From a virus, in IMG/VR virus record IMGVR_UViG_3300045912_000789, positions 32,001 through 96,000 of that record: a DNA stretch of 64,000 nucleotides; one strand, 5' to 3'. Each line of letters begins with the position of its first letter. Position 1 is the first letter of the stretch. Of the stretch, positions 1-9,330 are shown piece after piece. Both the position numbers and the translations under genes were made by a program. A model generated the notes under the pieces. The model searched no databases. It was not told the origin of the DNA and worked only from the letters and a program-made list of their open reading frames with translations.

Positions 1-339
1 CTCGGGGTCGTAGTTCTTCCTAGCGACCACCATCATCCCGGGCACGAGATCGAACTTCGTGTGGTCCCACTTCGTCTTGCCGGCGTTGTTCCACCGGTAC
101 GCCATCATCGACGGCGAACTGGGGTCGATCGTCGGATCGCCCATCTGGACGCGGAGGGGAAGGTTGATGGGCGCTCGGGTGAGGTCGTCGAGCGTCATCG
201 GGCGGCCCATCCGCTTCTCCAGGCACGCGATGTGGAGGACGCCTCGCGGGCTCTCGTGGAACTTCTCCCACAGCTCGTTCTTGACCATGTACTGATCGTC
301 CACCGGCAGGTGGCACTCCGTGCACTTGTACTTGCTCAT
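1..339 (-). CDS. Hypothetical phage protein with N-terminal Cys/His metal-binding motif (partial, runs off window start)
   Basis: Not in the ORF track. ATG at 339 overlaps the stop of the upstream gene (ATGA). Translates MSKYKCTECHLPVDDQYMVKNELW...LHIACLEKRMGRPMTLDDL... and is open to position 1. Confidence 0.7.
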   Translation of the reverse strand, partial: MSKYKCTECHLPVDDQYMVKNELWEKFHESPRGVLHIACLEKRMGRPMTLDDLTRAPINLPLRVQMGDPTIDPSSPSMMAYRWNNAGKTKWDHTKFDLVPGMMVVARKNYDPE

Positions 340-692
340 GCTCTCTCCTTCGGGCCCGAGAAGCGCTTCCACTTGGAGCGCCCCATCCGTTCCCAACGTT
401 CACGAGGCCAGCGGCCGATCGCCAGCTCGGCGTCAGTCACCGGCCTCCAGTCGCGGTTCCTGGACCGCCGGGCGACGGCCCGGGCGTAGTCGATGTCGAG
501 TTCGTTCCCGATCATGATCAGGTCGCCTCGTTCGAGGTCCAGGCGGTACACGTGGTACCGGTAGCGGCGTCCCGATACGGCCGGGACGATGAGCGAGACG
601 CTGCGGTAGCCCGCGAACTGCTTCTCGTCGTTCTCGTAGATCTCCTTGACCTTCGAGAAGGACGAGAGGTGCTGGTACTTCCCGATGGTCAT
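336..692 (-). CDS. Hypothetical protein (118 aa)
   Basis: C-terminal part of track ORF 336..1082. ATG at 692 overlaps the stop of 689..1225 (ATGA coupling). Confidence 0.7.
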   Translation of the reverse strand: MTIGKYQHLSSFSKVKEIYENDEKQFAGYRSVSLIVPAVSGRRYRYHVYRLDLERGDLIMIGNELDIDYARAVARRSRNRDWRPVTDAELAIGRWPRERWERMGRSKWKRFSGPKERA

Positions 693-1225
693 CGCCGATC
701 CTTGTAGAACTCGGCGAGCATCGCCTTGCGCGTCTCCAGCTCCTTGATCTCTTCGAGCACGGTGTTGCGCTGGCCGGCGAGGGCCTTCATGTCCTCCTCG
801 ATGATGAGGATCTCGCCGCGCTTCTCCTCGATCATCGAGTCGACCGAGTTCAGCATGTCCCGGCCCATCGAGAGCCAGGCGTCCAGGTCGGACTTCCGAA
901 AGCTGTGTTCGCCGGAGGACGAGGCATCGAGCTGCGGCAGGGGCGCCGGCTGCGGAAGGGTGATCGCTTCCTCCTGAGCAGGAGGGGCCGGACGGTCGGC
1001 GCGCTTCAAGGAGAAGCGCTCCCCGGTGGCGGGATCGATCACGTCTTTGAAGCGGACGACGGTCTCCCTCGCGCCAGTCCACTTCTCGTCGGTGACGTTG
1101 ATCTGCACGGCGTCACCGAGCACCTGCTTCACCTTGCCCTTGTAGCGGCGGGCCCGGACATCTGCGCTGTCCGCGCCCCGAACGAACTCGATCTCCTGGT
1201 TCTTCTCCAGCTCAGGTCGTCGCAT
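689..1225 (-). CDS. Hypothetical protein with C-terminal coiled coil (178 aa)
   Basis: SD GAGGAG upstream, preceded by class B motif; heptad-like C-terminus. Confidence 0.75.
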   Translation of the reverse strand: MRRPELEKNQEIEFVRGADSADVRARRYKGKVKQVLGDAVQINVTDEKWTGARETVVRFKDVIDPATGERFSLKRADRPAPPAQEEAITLPQPAPLPQLDASSSGEHSFRKSDLDAWLSMGRDMLNSVDSMIEEKRGEILIIEEDMKALAGQRNTVLEEIKELETRKAMLAEFYKDRR

Positions 1226-1239
1226 GGTTCTCCTCTATC

Positions 1240-1248
1240 GCTTATAGG
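1240..1248 (-). promoter_or_regulatory. Class B motif CCTATAAGC (putative phage early promoter)
   Basis: Motif recurs upstream of at least seven genes; here 14 nt before ATG 1225. Confidence 0.6.
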
Positions 1249-1259
1249 CCGAACCGCGC

Positions 1260-1265
1260 TACCGT
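1260..1265 (+). promoter_or_regulatory. Class A -10 box TACCGT, leaderless
   Basis: Exactly 6 nt before ATG 1272; no SD. Confidence 0.6.
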
Positions 1266-1271
1266 TGGGGC

Positions 1272-4200
1272 ATGGCTGTCGGTCAGCATCTTCGCCTCCG
1301 CCTCTTCATCGAGGGTGTGGAGGTTCCCGTGATCTCCGCGAACATCCAGTCCGCGAAGAACGCCCCGGTCGCGTGCAGCATCCAGATCCCCGCGAACGAC
1401 TACGCCCTCGACTTCCGGCCCCGATCGCTCATCCACCTCTTCATGTACGACATCTACAACGGCGCACCGCCCGAGGAGATGGTCTCGGTGGGCGGGCCCG
1501 GAGTTCGCGTGGTGGACCGGGACGACGGTGTCGACCCCGAGCTGGGGGGCTTGTTCCCGCCCGAGCGCTTCGAGTCGACCACCGAGCAAAATCTCACGGA
1601 CCTGGAGAACGAGAACTACAAGCTGATCTTCGGCGGCGAGGTGGTCGGCATCAACTACTCGAAGTCGCCCACCAGCCGATCGGTCGTGCTCCAGTGCATG
1701 GACTGGTCGAGCTACTGGGACATCGCGTACCAGTACATGGTCAGCGGGATGAGCCTGGGAGGCGGTGGCATCCGGGCGGCGTTCACCGGCGCAGCCACAA
1801 CCGTCTTCAACGACTTCCTCGAAGGATCGGGCGACATCGTCGTGCGTCTGATGGAGACGCCGCCCCGCTCGTACCCCAGCCTGCGTGGGACGCTGCTCGG
1901 AGCCATCACACACATCATCGAGGCGATCGGCGGAACGTACTTCGGCCGGCGCGCGGTGCGTGGAGTGAACGACTTCTTCAGCCTCGCCGAGATGAGGCTG
2001 CACCTGACCCAGATGCTTGGGGCGAACCCGTTCCCCGAGCGGGACGAAGTGCGCCTGATGCGCGCACGGGGTTTCGGCAGCCTGTTCCGCCGCAGCCTGG
2101 CGGGCCTGGGGCGCCTCGTCACGATCCGCCAGGTGCTGCTCGCGCTCCAGCGCTACATCTTTCACGAGATCGTTCCCATCAACGCACCGCGGTACATCCC
2201 GCCGCTCTACGATCCCGCCCTGCCGCGGTACGAGACGCTGGGGATCGAGGAGGACAAGGAGACCCGCCCGCTCGCGCGTGCCGCCCGGACCATCAAGGCG
2301 CGGGCCGAGGAGCTGAAGGAGCGCCAGGAGGCTTCGACAGACACCAGCGCCGCGAGACGTCAGAGCGACCGCCGGGGCGGGCTCCAGGCGGAGATGCGGC
2401 AGCTCAGCCGGACGTGCCAGCGGGCAGCCGCCGCGGCCCGGCGCGTGGGTCTCCAGGGGGGCACGTACACCCGGCTGTCGGACTTCTTCGGGATCCCCGA
2501 GGTCAGCCGGGCGTTCGTCGTCTCGGGCAACAACTTCAACCAGCTCCTCGATGCGACCCGCCGCGGGCAGCGCGCGGACGTGCGGACGTACACCTTCTAC
2601 CCGCCCGGCAGCGACAGCGCGAATACGGTGAACGGGCTGTGCGATCAGATCATCGCGCTGATGCAGCAGGTGATCGAGTCGCGGCACAACCGCCGCATCC
2701 AGCGCACGACGTCGCAGCCCGACCCTCCGCCCCGTCTGATCACCCAGATCTACAGGCCGGACGTCTGGATGGTGGCGCCGCCGCGCTGCAACGTCTTCTT
2801 CCCCGAGCTGTACAGCCAGTTCTCCTACGGCCGGAACTTCCAGCAGGAGGTCACCCGCCTTCTGCTGCGCACGCACAGCGCGTTCTTCGGATCGGACATC
2901 CTCTTCGACGGCTTCTACATGGCGCCGTCGCGCCTCCTCGGCTCGCGTACCGGTCGTCCCATCGGACGAGGCCGGATCGGGGCAGACCCGCCCGACCTCA
3001 GCGATGCGCCGGCGTGGGTCGTGCGGGACATGCTCGACCACGAGCTGTTCACCGGCATCATCCCGGCGTTCGAGCGCATGAGCGATCTGAACCTGCACGC
3101 GCTCCGTGGCGGGTACGCCATGATCAATGGTGTGCGGGTCGGGTACGCGCAGCTCGCGGCCAACCACATCTTCTTCCAGTACCGCTTCCGATCTCGCGAG
3201 CTGATGCTCCAGGGGAAGTTCAATCCCTACGCGGTGCTCGGCTTCCCCACGCTGGTGATCGACAAGTACCTGCCCACCGACCTACTCCGCGAGGGCACGT
3301 ACGATCCCATCCTCGCAGCACGTCTCGCCGAGGCCGTGCGGGAAGGTGAAGGCGAGATCGGTCCCCCGAGCGACGAGCGTACTCGCATCGCGGAGGCGAA
3401 CAACGCGCGCGTGGCCGAGGTGCAGGCGGAGCTGCTCGCCGGACGCCCGAACACCCACTACCTCGGTACCCCCGCCATGATCGTGCACAGCATCGACGCC
3501 AGCAGCGGCGGTTCGACGCAGGTGCAGATGGAGTACGCGCGCACGACGAACGAGCGCACCGAGTTCCTCGGCGACAACGTGGGGCGCAGCGGGCGCACGC
3601 GCCGCACGCGCAACATCCAGCGGACGACCGTCGTCGCGGCTCTGGAGGCCCCGACGGTGGGGTCGCTGGGCTACTACGGCGGCGAGATCCAGGAGGTCAC
3701 GGACGTCACGGACCAGTACGAGCGCCGCTCGCGGCGTCGTTCGACCGACCGCACCGGCAGCAGCACGCGCCACGCGTCGAGCAGCCTGCTCCCCCTCTTC
3801 GTCCCCGACCGCCGCTTCACCGGCCGCTCCCGGCGCGGCACGCGGGTTCCCGTGGGCGTCGAGCAGACCGCCGCGAGCTACGGGCCCGAGGTCGTGGCGC
3901 TCGTCGGCGCAGCCGGCACCTTCGACGCCTCGACGTCGACTGACCGCGAGATCCTGGTCACGTTCCGTGCGTTCCGCATCGTGGAGCAGATCGGAGCCTA
4001 CCGGACCGAGGACGTCGAGCTGCCGCCCGAGGACCTCACGTTCCCGCCGTGGTACGGCGAGCACTACCGGACGAACCGGATCGGCGGCCTCTACGCCTAC
4101 TACTTCGGCACCGGAGCGATCACGGACCCGCTCTTCGTCCTGGAGCCCGGCGCGGACCCCGCGCAGTTCGACGGCACGGCTGCCTCTGAGGCCGCCTCGG

Positions 4201-4838
4201 AGACGGATGCCGAGGGCAGGGCGCGCGCCGCGAGCATCGCCTTCATCAACACGTTCTCCGAGATCATCCGGGCCAGCATCGGGTCCCCCGACATGCCGCC
4301 GCAGCCTGGAGACACCGCCCCGCCCGAGCTGTCGGCAGGTGAGGAGCCCGGACCTCCGGGCGAGGTCGCGCCGGCGGAGGACACCGGCCTCATCGCTGCC
4401 GTGCGTGCCAGGAGCCCCATCGCCGAGGCCACCGAAGAGATCGTGCGCGCCTACAGCCAGGTGAAGACCCGGAACTTCGACGTCCACCAGTTCATCCGTG
4501 CGTACACCTGGCGGCCCATCGCCTCGATGGTCGACCTCTTCGGGACGGCCAACCTGGAGATCAACGACAGCGGCGAGGTCGTGCGGGGGCGCGAGGGCTT
4601 CCACAGCCGGGCCTTCGGCGACTACGACGACCTGCGGCAGCTCGTGAACACGAGCGACGGCAGCCGGCCGCAGACCATCCTCGGGCTCACCACGCGCGAT
4701 CCCGACGAGACGGGAGACGACAGCGACACCAGCCGGGACGCGAACATCGCAGCCCGCCTGGACACCCGCAAGGAGAAGCGGATCGCGGTCCTGAAGTACC
4801 TCTTCCAGCTCGGCGCTTCTTGCGGCGTCCTGGGCTGA
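1272..4838 (+). CDS. Large virion structural protein, probable baseplate hub (gp27/late control D-like)
   Basis: 1188 aa. N-terminus LRLFIEGVEVPV...LIFGGEVVG...VVLQCMDW resembles hub proteins; C-terminal GKFNPYAVLGFP motif; located in structural cluster. Confidence 0.6.
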   Translation: MAVGQHLRLRLFIEGVEVPVISANIQSAKNAPVACSIQIPANDYALDFRPRSLIHLFMYDIYNGAPPEEMVSVGGPGVRVVDRDDGVDPELGGLFPPERFESTTEQNLTDLENENYKLIFGGEVVGINYSKSPTSRSVVLQCMDWSSYWDIAYQYMVSGMSLGGGGIRAAFTGAATTVFNDFLEGSGDIVVRLMETPPRSYPSLRGTLLGAITHIIEAIGGTYFGRRAVRGVNDFFSLAEMRLHLTQMLGANPFPERDEVRLMRARGFGSLFRRSLAGLGRLVTIRQVLLALQRYIFHEIVPINAPRYIPPLYDPALPRYETLGIEEDKETRPLARAARTIKARAEELKERQEASTDTSAARRQSDRRGGLQAEMRQLSRTCQRAAAAARRVGLQGGTYTRLSDFFGIPEVSRAFVVSGNNFNQLLDATRRGQRADVRTYTFYPPGSDSANTVNGLCDQIIALMQQVIESRHNRRIQRTTSQPDPPPRLITQIYRPDVWMVAPPRCNVFFPELYSQFSYGRNFQQEVTRLLLRTHSAFFGSDILFDGFYMAPSRLLGSRTGRPIGRGRIGADPPDLSDAPAWVVRDMLDHELFTGIIPAFERMSDLNLHALRGGYAMINGVRVGYAQLAANHIFFQYRFRSRELMLQGKFNPYAVLGFPTLVIDKYLPTDLLREGTYDPILAARLAEAVREGEGEIGPPSDERTRIAEANNARVAEVQAELLAGRPNTHYLGTPAMIVHSIDASSGGSTQVQMEYARTTNERTEFLGDNVGRSGRTRRTRNIQRTTVVAALEAPTVGSLGYYGGEIQEVTDVTDQYERRSRRRSTDRTGSSTRHASSSLLPLFVPDRRFTGRSRRGTRVPVGVEQTAASYGPEVVALVGAAGTFDASTSTDREILVTFRAFRIVEQIGAYRTEDVELPPEDLTFPPWYGEHYRTNRIGGLYAYYFGTGAITDPLFVLEPGADPAQFDGTAASEAASETDAEGRARAASIAFINTFSEIIRASIGSPDMPPQPGDTAPPELSAGEEPGPPGEVAPAEDTGLIAAVRARSPIAEATEEIVRAYSQVKTRNFDVHQFIRAYTWRPIASMVDLFGTANLEINDSGEVVRGREGFHSRAFGDYDDLRQLVNTSDGSRPQTILGLTTRDPDETGDDSDTSRDANIAARLDTRKEKRIAVLKYLFQLGASCGVLG

Positions 4839-4849
4839 AGTCGTACAAT
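4820..4849 (+). promoter_or_regulatory. Class A promoter TTGCGG-N18-TACAAT, leaderless
   Basis: -10 box at 4844-4849 lies 6 nt before in-frame GTG 4856. Confidence 0.6.
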
Positions 4850-4855
4850 CCGGCC

Positions 4856-5419
4856 GTGTCCATCACCTCGACCAGCAAGACGCTCGCCCGGGGCCTGTCC
4901 AAGACACGGTCGGGCTCGCCGTCCATCGGCATCCAGAACCTGATCGAGGCCTCGAAGCGCAAGGGCTTCTCGGACCGGATCAAGAAGGCGGTGAGCGAGG
5001 ACGAGGCGCTCGACGCGGCCAAGATGCTGTCGACGAAGGGCCGAGCCCGGCGGTACGTGGAGGGCGGCATGATCGGCGGTGCGAGCTACCCGATCATCAG
5101 TGCCGCCGGCGAGGCCGCCAAGGGGCTCACGGCCCACAGCGGGTCGGGGAAGCTCCGGGCCGCCGGCGCAGCAGCGCGCGCGGTCCTGAAGGGGCCCGAG
5201 GTCGCGAAGAGCGTCACGCGGGGTGCGATGGGCGGCGGGGTGATCCAGGCGGTTCGGGAGGGCGTCGAGCTGGGCCGCGCGAAGAAGACCGTCCGCCAGT
5301 TCATCGACGAGCGTACGAAGGGCTCGGGGGTCGAGCCCGCACCGCAGAGCGCTGGCGTTCCTCGTCGACGCCCTCACGAGCCGTGGCGGTACGATCCGCG
5401 TCCGGCGGGAGAGTTCTGA
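4856..5419 (+). CDS. Gly/Ala/Lys-rich putative virion (internal head) protein (187 aa)
   Basis: Start moved to GTG 4856 on the leaderless motif; glycine-zipper-like helices. Confidence 0.6.
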   Translation: MSITSTSKTLARGLSKTRSGSPSIGIQNLIEASKRKGFSDRIKKAVSEDEALDAAKMLSTKGRARRYVEGGMIGGASYPIISAAGEAAKGLTAHSGSGKLRAAGAAARAVLKGPEVAKSVTRGAMGGGVIQAVREGVELGRAKKTVRQFIDERTKGSGVEPAPQSAGVPRRRPHEPWRYDPRPAGEF

Positions 5420-5919
5420 TGCCGTTCCAGTCGAAGAGGCAGTGGCGCGCCGCCTTCTCCGGCCGGATCCCCGGCTTCAGCAAGGAGAAGGCGCGGGAGT
5501 GGGCGCATGAGACGAAGGGTGAGTTCAAGCAGCTCCCCGATCGTGCGCCTGCCGAGAAGGGCAAGCCCACTCTGCGATCGAAGGAGGCGTCCGCGGCACC
5601 CAAGGCGGTGTACGTCGCGAAGAAGCTGCGCGAGCAGCTCATCAGCAGCGGCACCGGGAAGAACGTCTTCGATGCGATGCAGAGCGAGCGCGAGCGGTCG
5701 CGCCGCAAGCAGGCGTCCGACGAGTTCGTCGACTTCTGCGCGAAGATCGCCTTCGCCGTGCCGCGCCCGGGCCAGGTCTCGATGGCCTCCCGCCACGTCG
5801 GCAGCTTCAGCGGTCAGGCGACGACGAACTTCCTGAAGGCTCCCGGATCGACCACCGCAGCCGTCACCAACCCCCGTCTGAGCCTCCGCAACGCGATGAC
5901 GAAGACCATGCGGACCTGA
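5419..5919 (+). CDS. Hypothetical virion-associated protein (166 aa)
   Basis: TGATG coupling. N-terminus MPFQSKRQWR...AREWAHET resembles a small recurrent phage domain; contains K-x-A motifs. Confidence 0.65.
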   Translation: MPFQSKRQWRAAFSGRIPGFSKEKAREWAHETKGEFKQLPDRAPAEKGKPTLRSKEASAAPKAVYVAKKLREQLISSGTGKNVFDAMQSERERSRRKQASDEFVDFCAKIAFAVPRPGQVSMASRHVGSFSGQATTNFLKAPGSTTAAVTNPRLSLRNAMTKTMRT

Positions 5920-5937
5920 CCTATCAGCAGGTGGAGG
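5920..5937 (+). promoter_or_regulatory. Class B motif plus SD, CCTATCAGCAGGTGGAGG
   Basis: Identical 18-mer on the - strand at 46573..46590; directly upstream of the sigma gene. Confidence 0.7.
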
Positions 5938-5943
5938 CGCCGT

Positions 5944-6774
5944 ATGGCGAACAAGAAGGAAATCGAGAAGGTCGAGAAGTTCATCAAGGATGCCGCCACG
6001 AGCCCGGCGAAGGTCGAGCGTGCGACGCAGCGGTACGGTGAGCTGCGAGGTCGGCGTGGTCAGGAGCTTCAGCTCTGGCACTCCTGGGATCAGAGCGGGC
6101 GGAAGCAGGAGCACCTCGAACCGCTGCTGAAGTCGCTCGATCCGCTCATCCGTTCCGAGACCACGAAGCGCATGCAGGGCCTGGGCGGGTCGATCTCGTC
6201 GCCGGCCCTGAAGAACGAGCTGCGCCGCGCCGCGGTGCGGGCGCTGGAGACGTACGACCCGAAGAAGGGCACCCAGCTCACGACGCACGTCGTGAACAAC
6301 TTCATGCGGATCACGGACTTCGTCGCCGCCAACCGCAACCCGAAGTACATGCCGCGCGAGGACGTCGAGCGCTTCGGGGCGTTCCAGAACGCCAAGCAGG
6401 AGTTCGTCGAGGAGCACGGCCGGGAGCCCACGCACTTCGAGCTGAAGATGAAGCTCCCGACCTGGAGCGATCGTCAGATCAAGAAGATGACCAAGGGCTT
6501 CGGCAGCGAGGCCTTCACGGACATGGGCACCGAGCTGGAGCACGACGTTCAGCACGAGGACCCGATGCAGCGTGTGCGCGGTGCGCTTCACCTGATGCGG
6601 AGCACGCTGACGCCCGAGCAGCAGACGTTCGCCGACATGCACTACCCCGCCGAGGGCGAGCCGCAGAAGTCGGTGTCCGCCATCGCCAAGGCGATGAAGA
6701 TCCCGGAGCACAAGGCCTACCGGATCAAGAAGAAGGTCGAGGCGAAGCTCGCCCCGATCATCAAGGGGCAGTGA
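5944..6774 (+). CDS. Phage-encoded sigma70-family RNA polymerase sigma factor (FliA/SigB-like architecture)
   Basis: Region 2-like ALETYDPKKGTQLTTHV, region 3-like EEHGREPTHFEL, region 4 HTH LTPEQQ...SVSAIAKAMKIPEHKAYRIKKK. Confidence 0.85.
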   Translation: MANKKEIEKVEKFIKDAATSPAKVERATQRYGELRGRRGQELQLWHSWDQSGRKQEHLEPLLKSLDPLIRSETTKRMQGLGGSISSPALKNELRRAAVRALETYDPKKGTQLTTHVVNNFMRITDFVAANRNPKYMPREDVERFGAFQNAKQEFVEEHGREPTHFELKMKLPTWSDRQIKKMTKGFGSEAFTDMGTELEHDVQHEDPMQRVRGALHLMRSTLTPEQQTFADMHYPAEGEPQKSVSAIAKAMKIPEHKAYRIKKKVEAKLAPIIKGQ

Positions 6775-6995
6775 TGCGCGCCGGAACCGTCTCCAGCAGC
6801 GCTCTCTCGGCACGCACCCTGCGCGCGAGGGACTACGTCTTCTCGCCGCAGCGCGAAGCCGACCGGCTCATCGACGCCTGGCTGAAGGACAACCCCGGCT
6901 TCATGCACAAGAGCACCCCGGCGATGAAGGACCTCCGGGAGAAGCTCATCGCGAAGATCGAAGAGGCGATGGCCTCGAACGCAACGAAGGAGTGA
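6771..6995 (+). CDS. Hypothetical protein (about 74 aa)
   Basis: Overlaps the sigma stop codon; start GTG 6771 or ATG 6774. Confidence 0.6.
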   Translation: MMRAGTVSSSALSARTLRARDYVFSPQREADRLIDAWLKDNPGFMHKSTPAMKDLREKLIAKIEEAMASNATKE

Positions 6996-6998
6996 CCG

Positions 6999-7235
6999 GT
7001 GACCGCGCAGGCCGACCTCGAACGCCGCAACGCCCTCCTCGACGAGCTGAAGGAAGCCGTCGATGACTGGGCTGACGCGGAGGAGGAGAAGGTCAACAAG
7101 GAGATCGACTTCATGAAGTCGGTCCTGCGCGGTCGTACGGGATCGGAGCGGCTCGCTCGCAGCAACACGGAGGAAGCACGAGTGCTCGTCATCGACGACA
7201 TCGACAGCTTCCTGACCGGTGACGGGGCCACCTGA
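6999..7235 (+). CDS. Hypothetical acidic helical protein (78 aa)
   Basis: SD AAGGAG upstream; codon usage typical of the genome. Confidence 0.65.
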   Translation: MTAQADLERRNALLDELKEAVDDWADAEEEKVNKEIDFMKSVLRGRTGSERLARSNTEEARVLVIDDIDSFLTGDGAT

Positions 7236-7267
7236 TCCCGCTATTCTTTTGCTCCCAGGAGGACACC

Positions 7268-7969
7268 ATGCGCTACGACATCTCCGGCGTCATCGATCTC
7301 ACGACCCAGCAGACCATGCCCCCGGGTCGGCCCGAGAAGTACATGATGAGGGGGAAGCAGGTCGTGGTGCGTGATCCGACGAAGGTCACGGGGATCGTCG
7401 TCCACCAGACCGCCTGCGAGTTCGGTGTCTCGAAGCGGCAGATCGAGGAAGCCGGCGGCGACCCGGTGCTGGCGAAGCACCGCCGCGCGCTGAACATCGC
7501 GGCGCACGTCACCGCGTTCATGACCGGCAAGGCCGTCTACGCGAACCAGCTCCCGTGGTACGTCTACCACGGCAACGGCTTCAACGCGTACACCTACGGC
7601 CTGGAGATCGAGGGGCTCTACTGCGGACTGAAGGGGAACCTCCGCACGGCCGCAGGCGATCCCAAGGACGTCACGAAGCTGACGCGCGCGACGATCGACG
7701 CGGCACGCACCGGCATCACCTTCCTCTACGAGCGAGGGCGCATGCTGGGCTCCCCGCTGGAGTGGGTGTACGCCCACCGCCAGTCGTCCTCGACTCGTCG
7801 TAGCGATCCTGGTCAGGAGATCTGGGAGGAGGTCGTGCTGAAGTACGCGGTGCCCGTGCTGGGCCTGAAGGTCAACAACGATCTCGTCCTGCCGGCCTCG
7901 AACCCGAAGAACGGTCCGGGCTACCCGATCCCGCGCGAGTGGGATCCTTCGGCGACGGCGCGGTACTGA
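7268..7969 (+). CDS. N-acetylmuramoyl-L-alanine amidase (Amidase_2 family) endolysin
   Basis: IVVHQTA (Zn His), AHV, YHGNGFN...GLEIEG, AHRQS...DPG motifs; SD AGGAGG. Confidence 0.85.
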   Translation: MRYDISGVIDLTTQQTMPPGRPEKYMMRGKQVVVRDPTKVTGIVVHQTACEFGVSKRQIEEAGGDPVLAKHRRALNIAAHVTAFMTGKAVYANQLPWYVYHGNGFNAYTYGLEIEGLYCGLKGNLRTAAGDPKDVTKLTRATIDAARTGITFLYERGRMLGSPLEWVYAHRQSSSTRRSDPGQEIWEEVVLKYAVPVLGLKVNNDLVLPASNPKNGPGYPIPREWDPSATARY

Positions 7970-7971
7970 GG

Positions 7972-7977
7972 TAGACT
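7972..7977 (+). promoter_or_regulatory. Class A -10 box TAGACT, leaderless
   Basis: 6 nt before ATG 7984. Confidence 0.65.
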
Positions 7978-7983
7978 CCTCCC

Positions 7984-8946
7984 ATGCCCGTCGTCACGCA
8001 GCAGCCCGTGCAGCTCTCGTACTTCGTCGCCGACCCGGCGACGGAGCTGCTGACGTACAACCGGCTGCGCTTCTGGCGAAGCCGCACCGGACAGGACGGA
8101 CTCTACGAGCCGGCGACGGCCGCTGCGGCAGCACCGGCAGAGTTGGAGGGCACTTCCGAGACCCCGCACCAGCTCAACGGCAAGACCCTGAGCTTCCGGG
8201 TAAGCGGCGTGACCCAGGTCGACGTGCTCTTCGCGGATCCCGACCCGGTCACGACCACGCAGGTCGTGGCGGCCATCACCGGCGCGACGGCGCTGGTCGT
8301 GGCCACCGACGTGGGCGGGAAGCTGCACCTCGCGTCCGTGGCGACCGGCAGCGGCGCCAGCATCGAGATCCTGGAGTGCGACGCGGCCCCGTTCCTCGGC
8401 TTCGATGTGGGGCAGGCGGCTGTCGGGCTCGACGCCGACCTCGTGCTCACCGCCGGCGTCCACGAGTACCTCTACACCGATCAGAACAGCTCGGTGGACT
8501 TCTGGTACCGGGTCGAGCTGCTCCACAGCGTGACTGCGCAGACGAAGGGGGCCGGCCCGGCGTTCCAGGCAGGGCCGATCGGAACGCCCAACAGCACCAA
8601 GATCTGGTGCTACATCCGGCTGACCGATCTGGGAGGCCGCCCGCTGGCCGGGCGGATCGTGACTCTTCTGAACCCGTTCATCCCGAACACCGTGGTGTCG
8701 GGAGCGTCTCGGTGGGGGATCTTCCGCCACTACGCGCAGATGACCACCGACAGCGAGGGCTACGCTCAGATCCGAGCGCTGCGTGGGATGCAGGTCGACG
8801 TGGCGGTCGACGGCACGAACTTCATCCGACGCCTCGGCATCCCCACCACGGGCGACAGCGTCGACCTGCTCGACCCGTCGCTGGTGGTCGAGGACGAGTT
8901 CGGCATCCAGGAGCCGAACATCGACTTCGCGGTGAGGACGTCGTGA
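7984..8946 (+). CDS. Virion structural protein with C-terminal beta-sandwich (carboxypeptidase-regulatory-like) domain
   Basis: Beta-rich. GRPLAG...TTDSEGYAQIRALRG domain is also present in 10149..11063. Confidence 0.6.
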   Translation: MPVVTQQPVQLSYFVADPATELLTYNRLRFWRSRTGQDGLYEPATAAAAAPAELEGTSETPHQLNGKTLSFRVSGVTQVDVLFADPDPVTTTQVVAAITGATALVVATDVGGKLHLASVATGSGASIEILECDAAPFLGFDVGQAAVGLDADLVLTAGVHEYLYTDQNSSVDFWYRVELLHSVTAQTKGAGPAFQAGPIGTPNSTKIWCYIRLTDLGGRPLAGRIVTLLNPFIPNTVVSGASRWGIFRHYAQMTTDSEGYAQIRALRGMQVDVAVDGTNFIRRLGIPTTGDSVDLLDPSLVVEDEFGIQEPNIDFAVRTS

Positions 8947-9284
8947 GCCGCGGCAAGCTCGTGACGGTGGTCCTCCCGGCAGCGATGCACCACGCCGGAG
9001 TGCCGAAGGAAGTGAGAGAGATCGTGGAGCACCCCGAGAAGAAGCTGGTCGAGGTCGTCGAGAAGCGTGCAGCCGTCGACCGAGCCATGTTCAAGGGCTT
9101 CGTCGATCGCGTCATGAAGTCGATCGAAGACGACGAGCCGAGCGAGATGCATACCGCGCTCGGCCTACTTCGTCTCGACCGGACCGGTCCGGCGAAGGAG
9201 GACCGTCCTCCACGTGCGGCCTACGCCCGCCAGGAAGTCGGCAAGGGCCTCGTCGACAACGTGATCCAGAAGGCCGCGACCTGA
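8943..9284 (+). CDS. Hypothetical protein (113 aa) with K-x-A motifs
   Basis: GTGA coupling to the upstream stop; C-terminal part of track ORF 8376..9284. Confidence 0.6.
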   Translation: MSRGKLVTVVLPAAMHHAGVPKEVREIVEHPEKKLVEVVEKRAAVDRAMFKGFVDRVMKSIEDDEPSEMHTALGLLRLDRTGPAKEDRPPRAAYARQEVGKGLVDNVIQKAAT

Positions 9285-9302
9285 GCAAACGGATGTGGTG
9301 CA

Positions 9303-9318
9303 GGCCCCCGAGGGGGCC
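9303..9318. terminator. GC hairpin between convergent genes
   Basis: GGCCCCC-GA-GGGGGCC inverted repeat; no U tract. Confidence 0.35.
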
Positions 9319-9330
9319 CGCACCGCTCCG

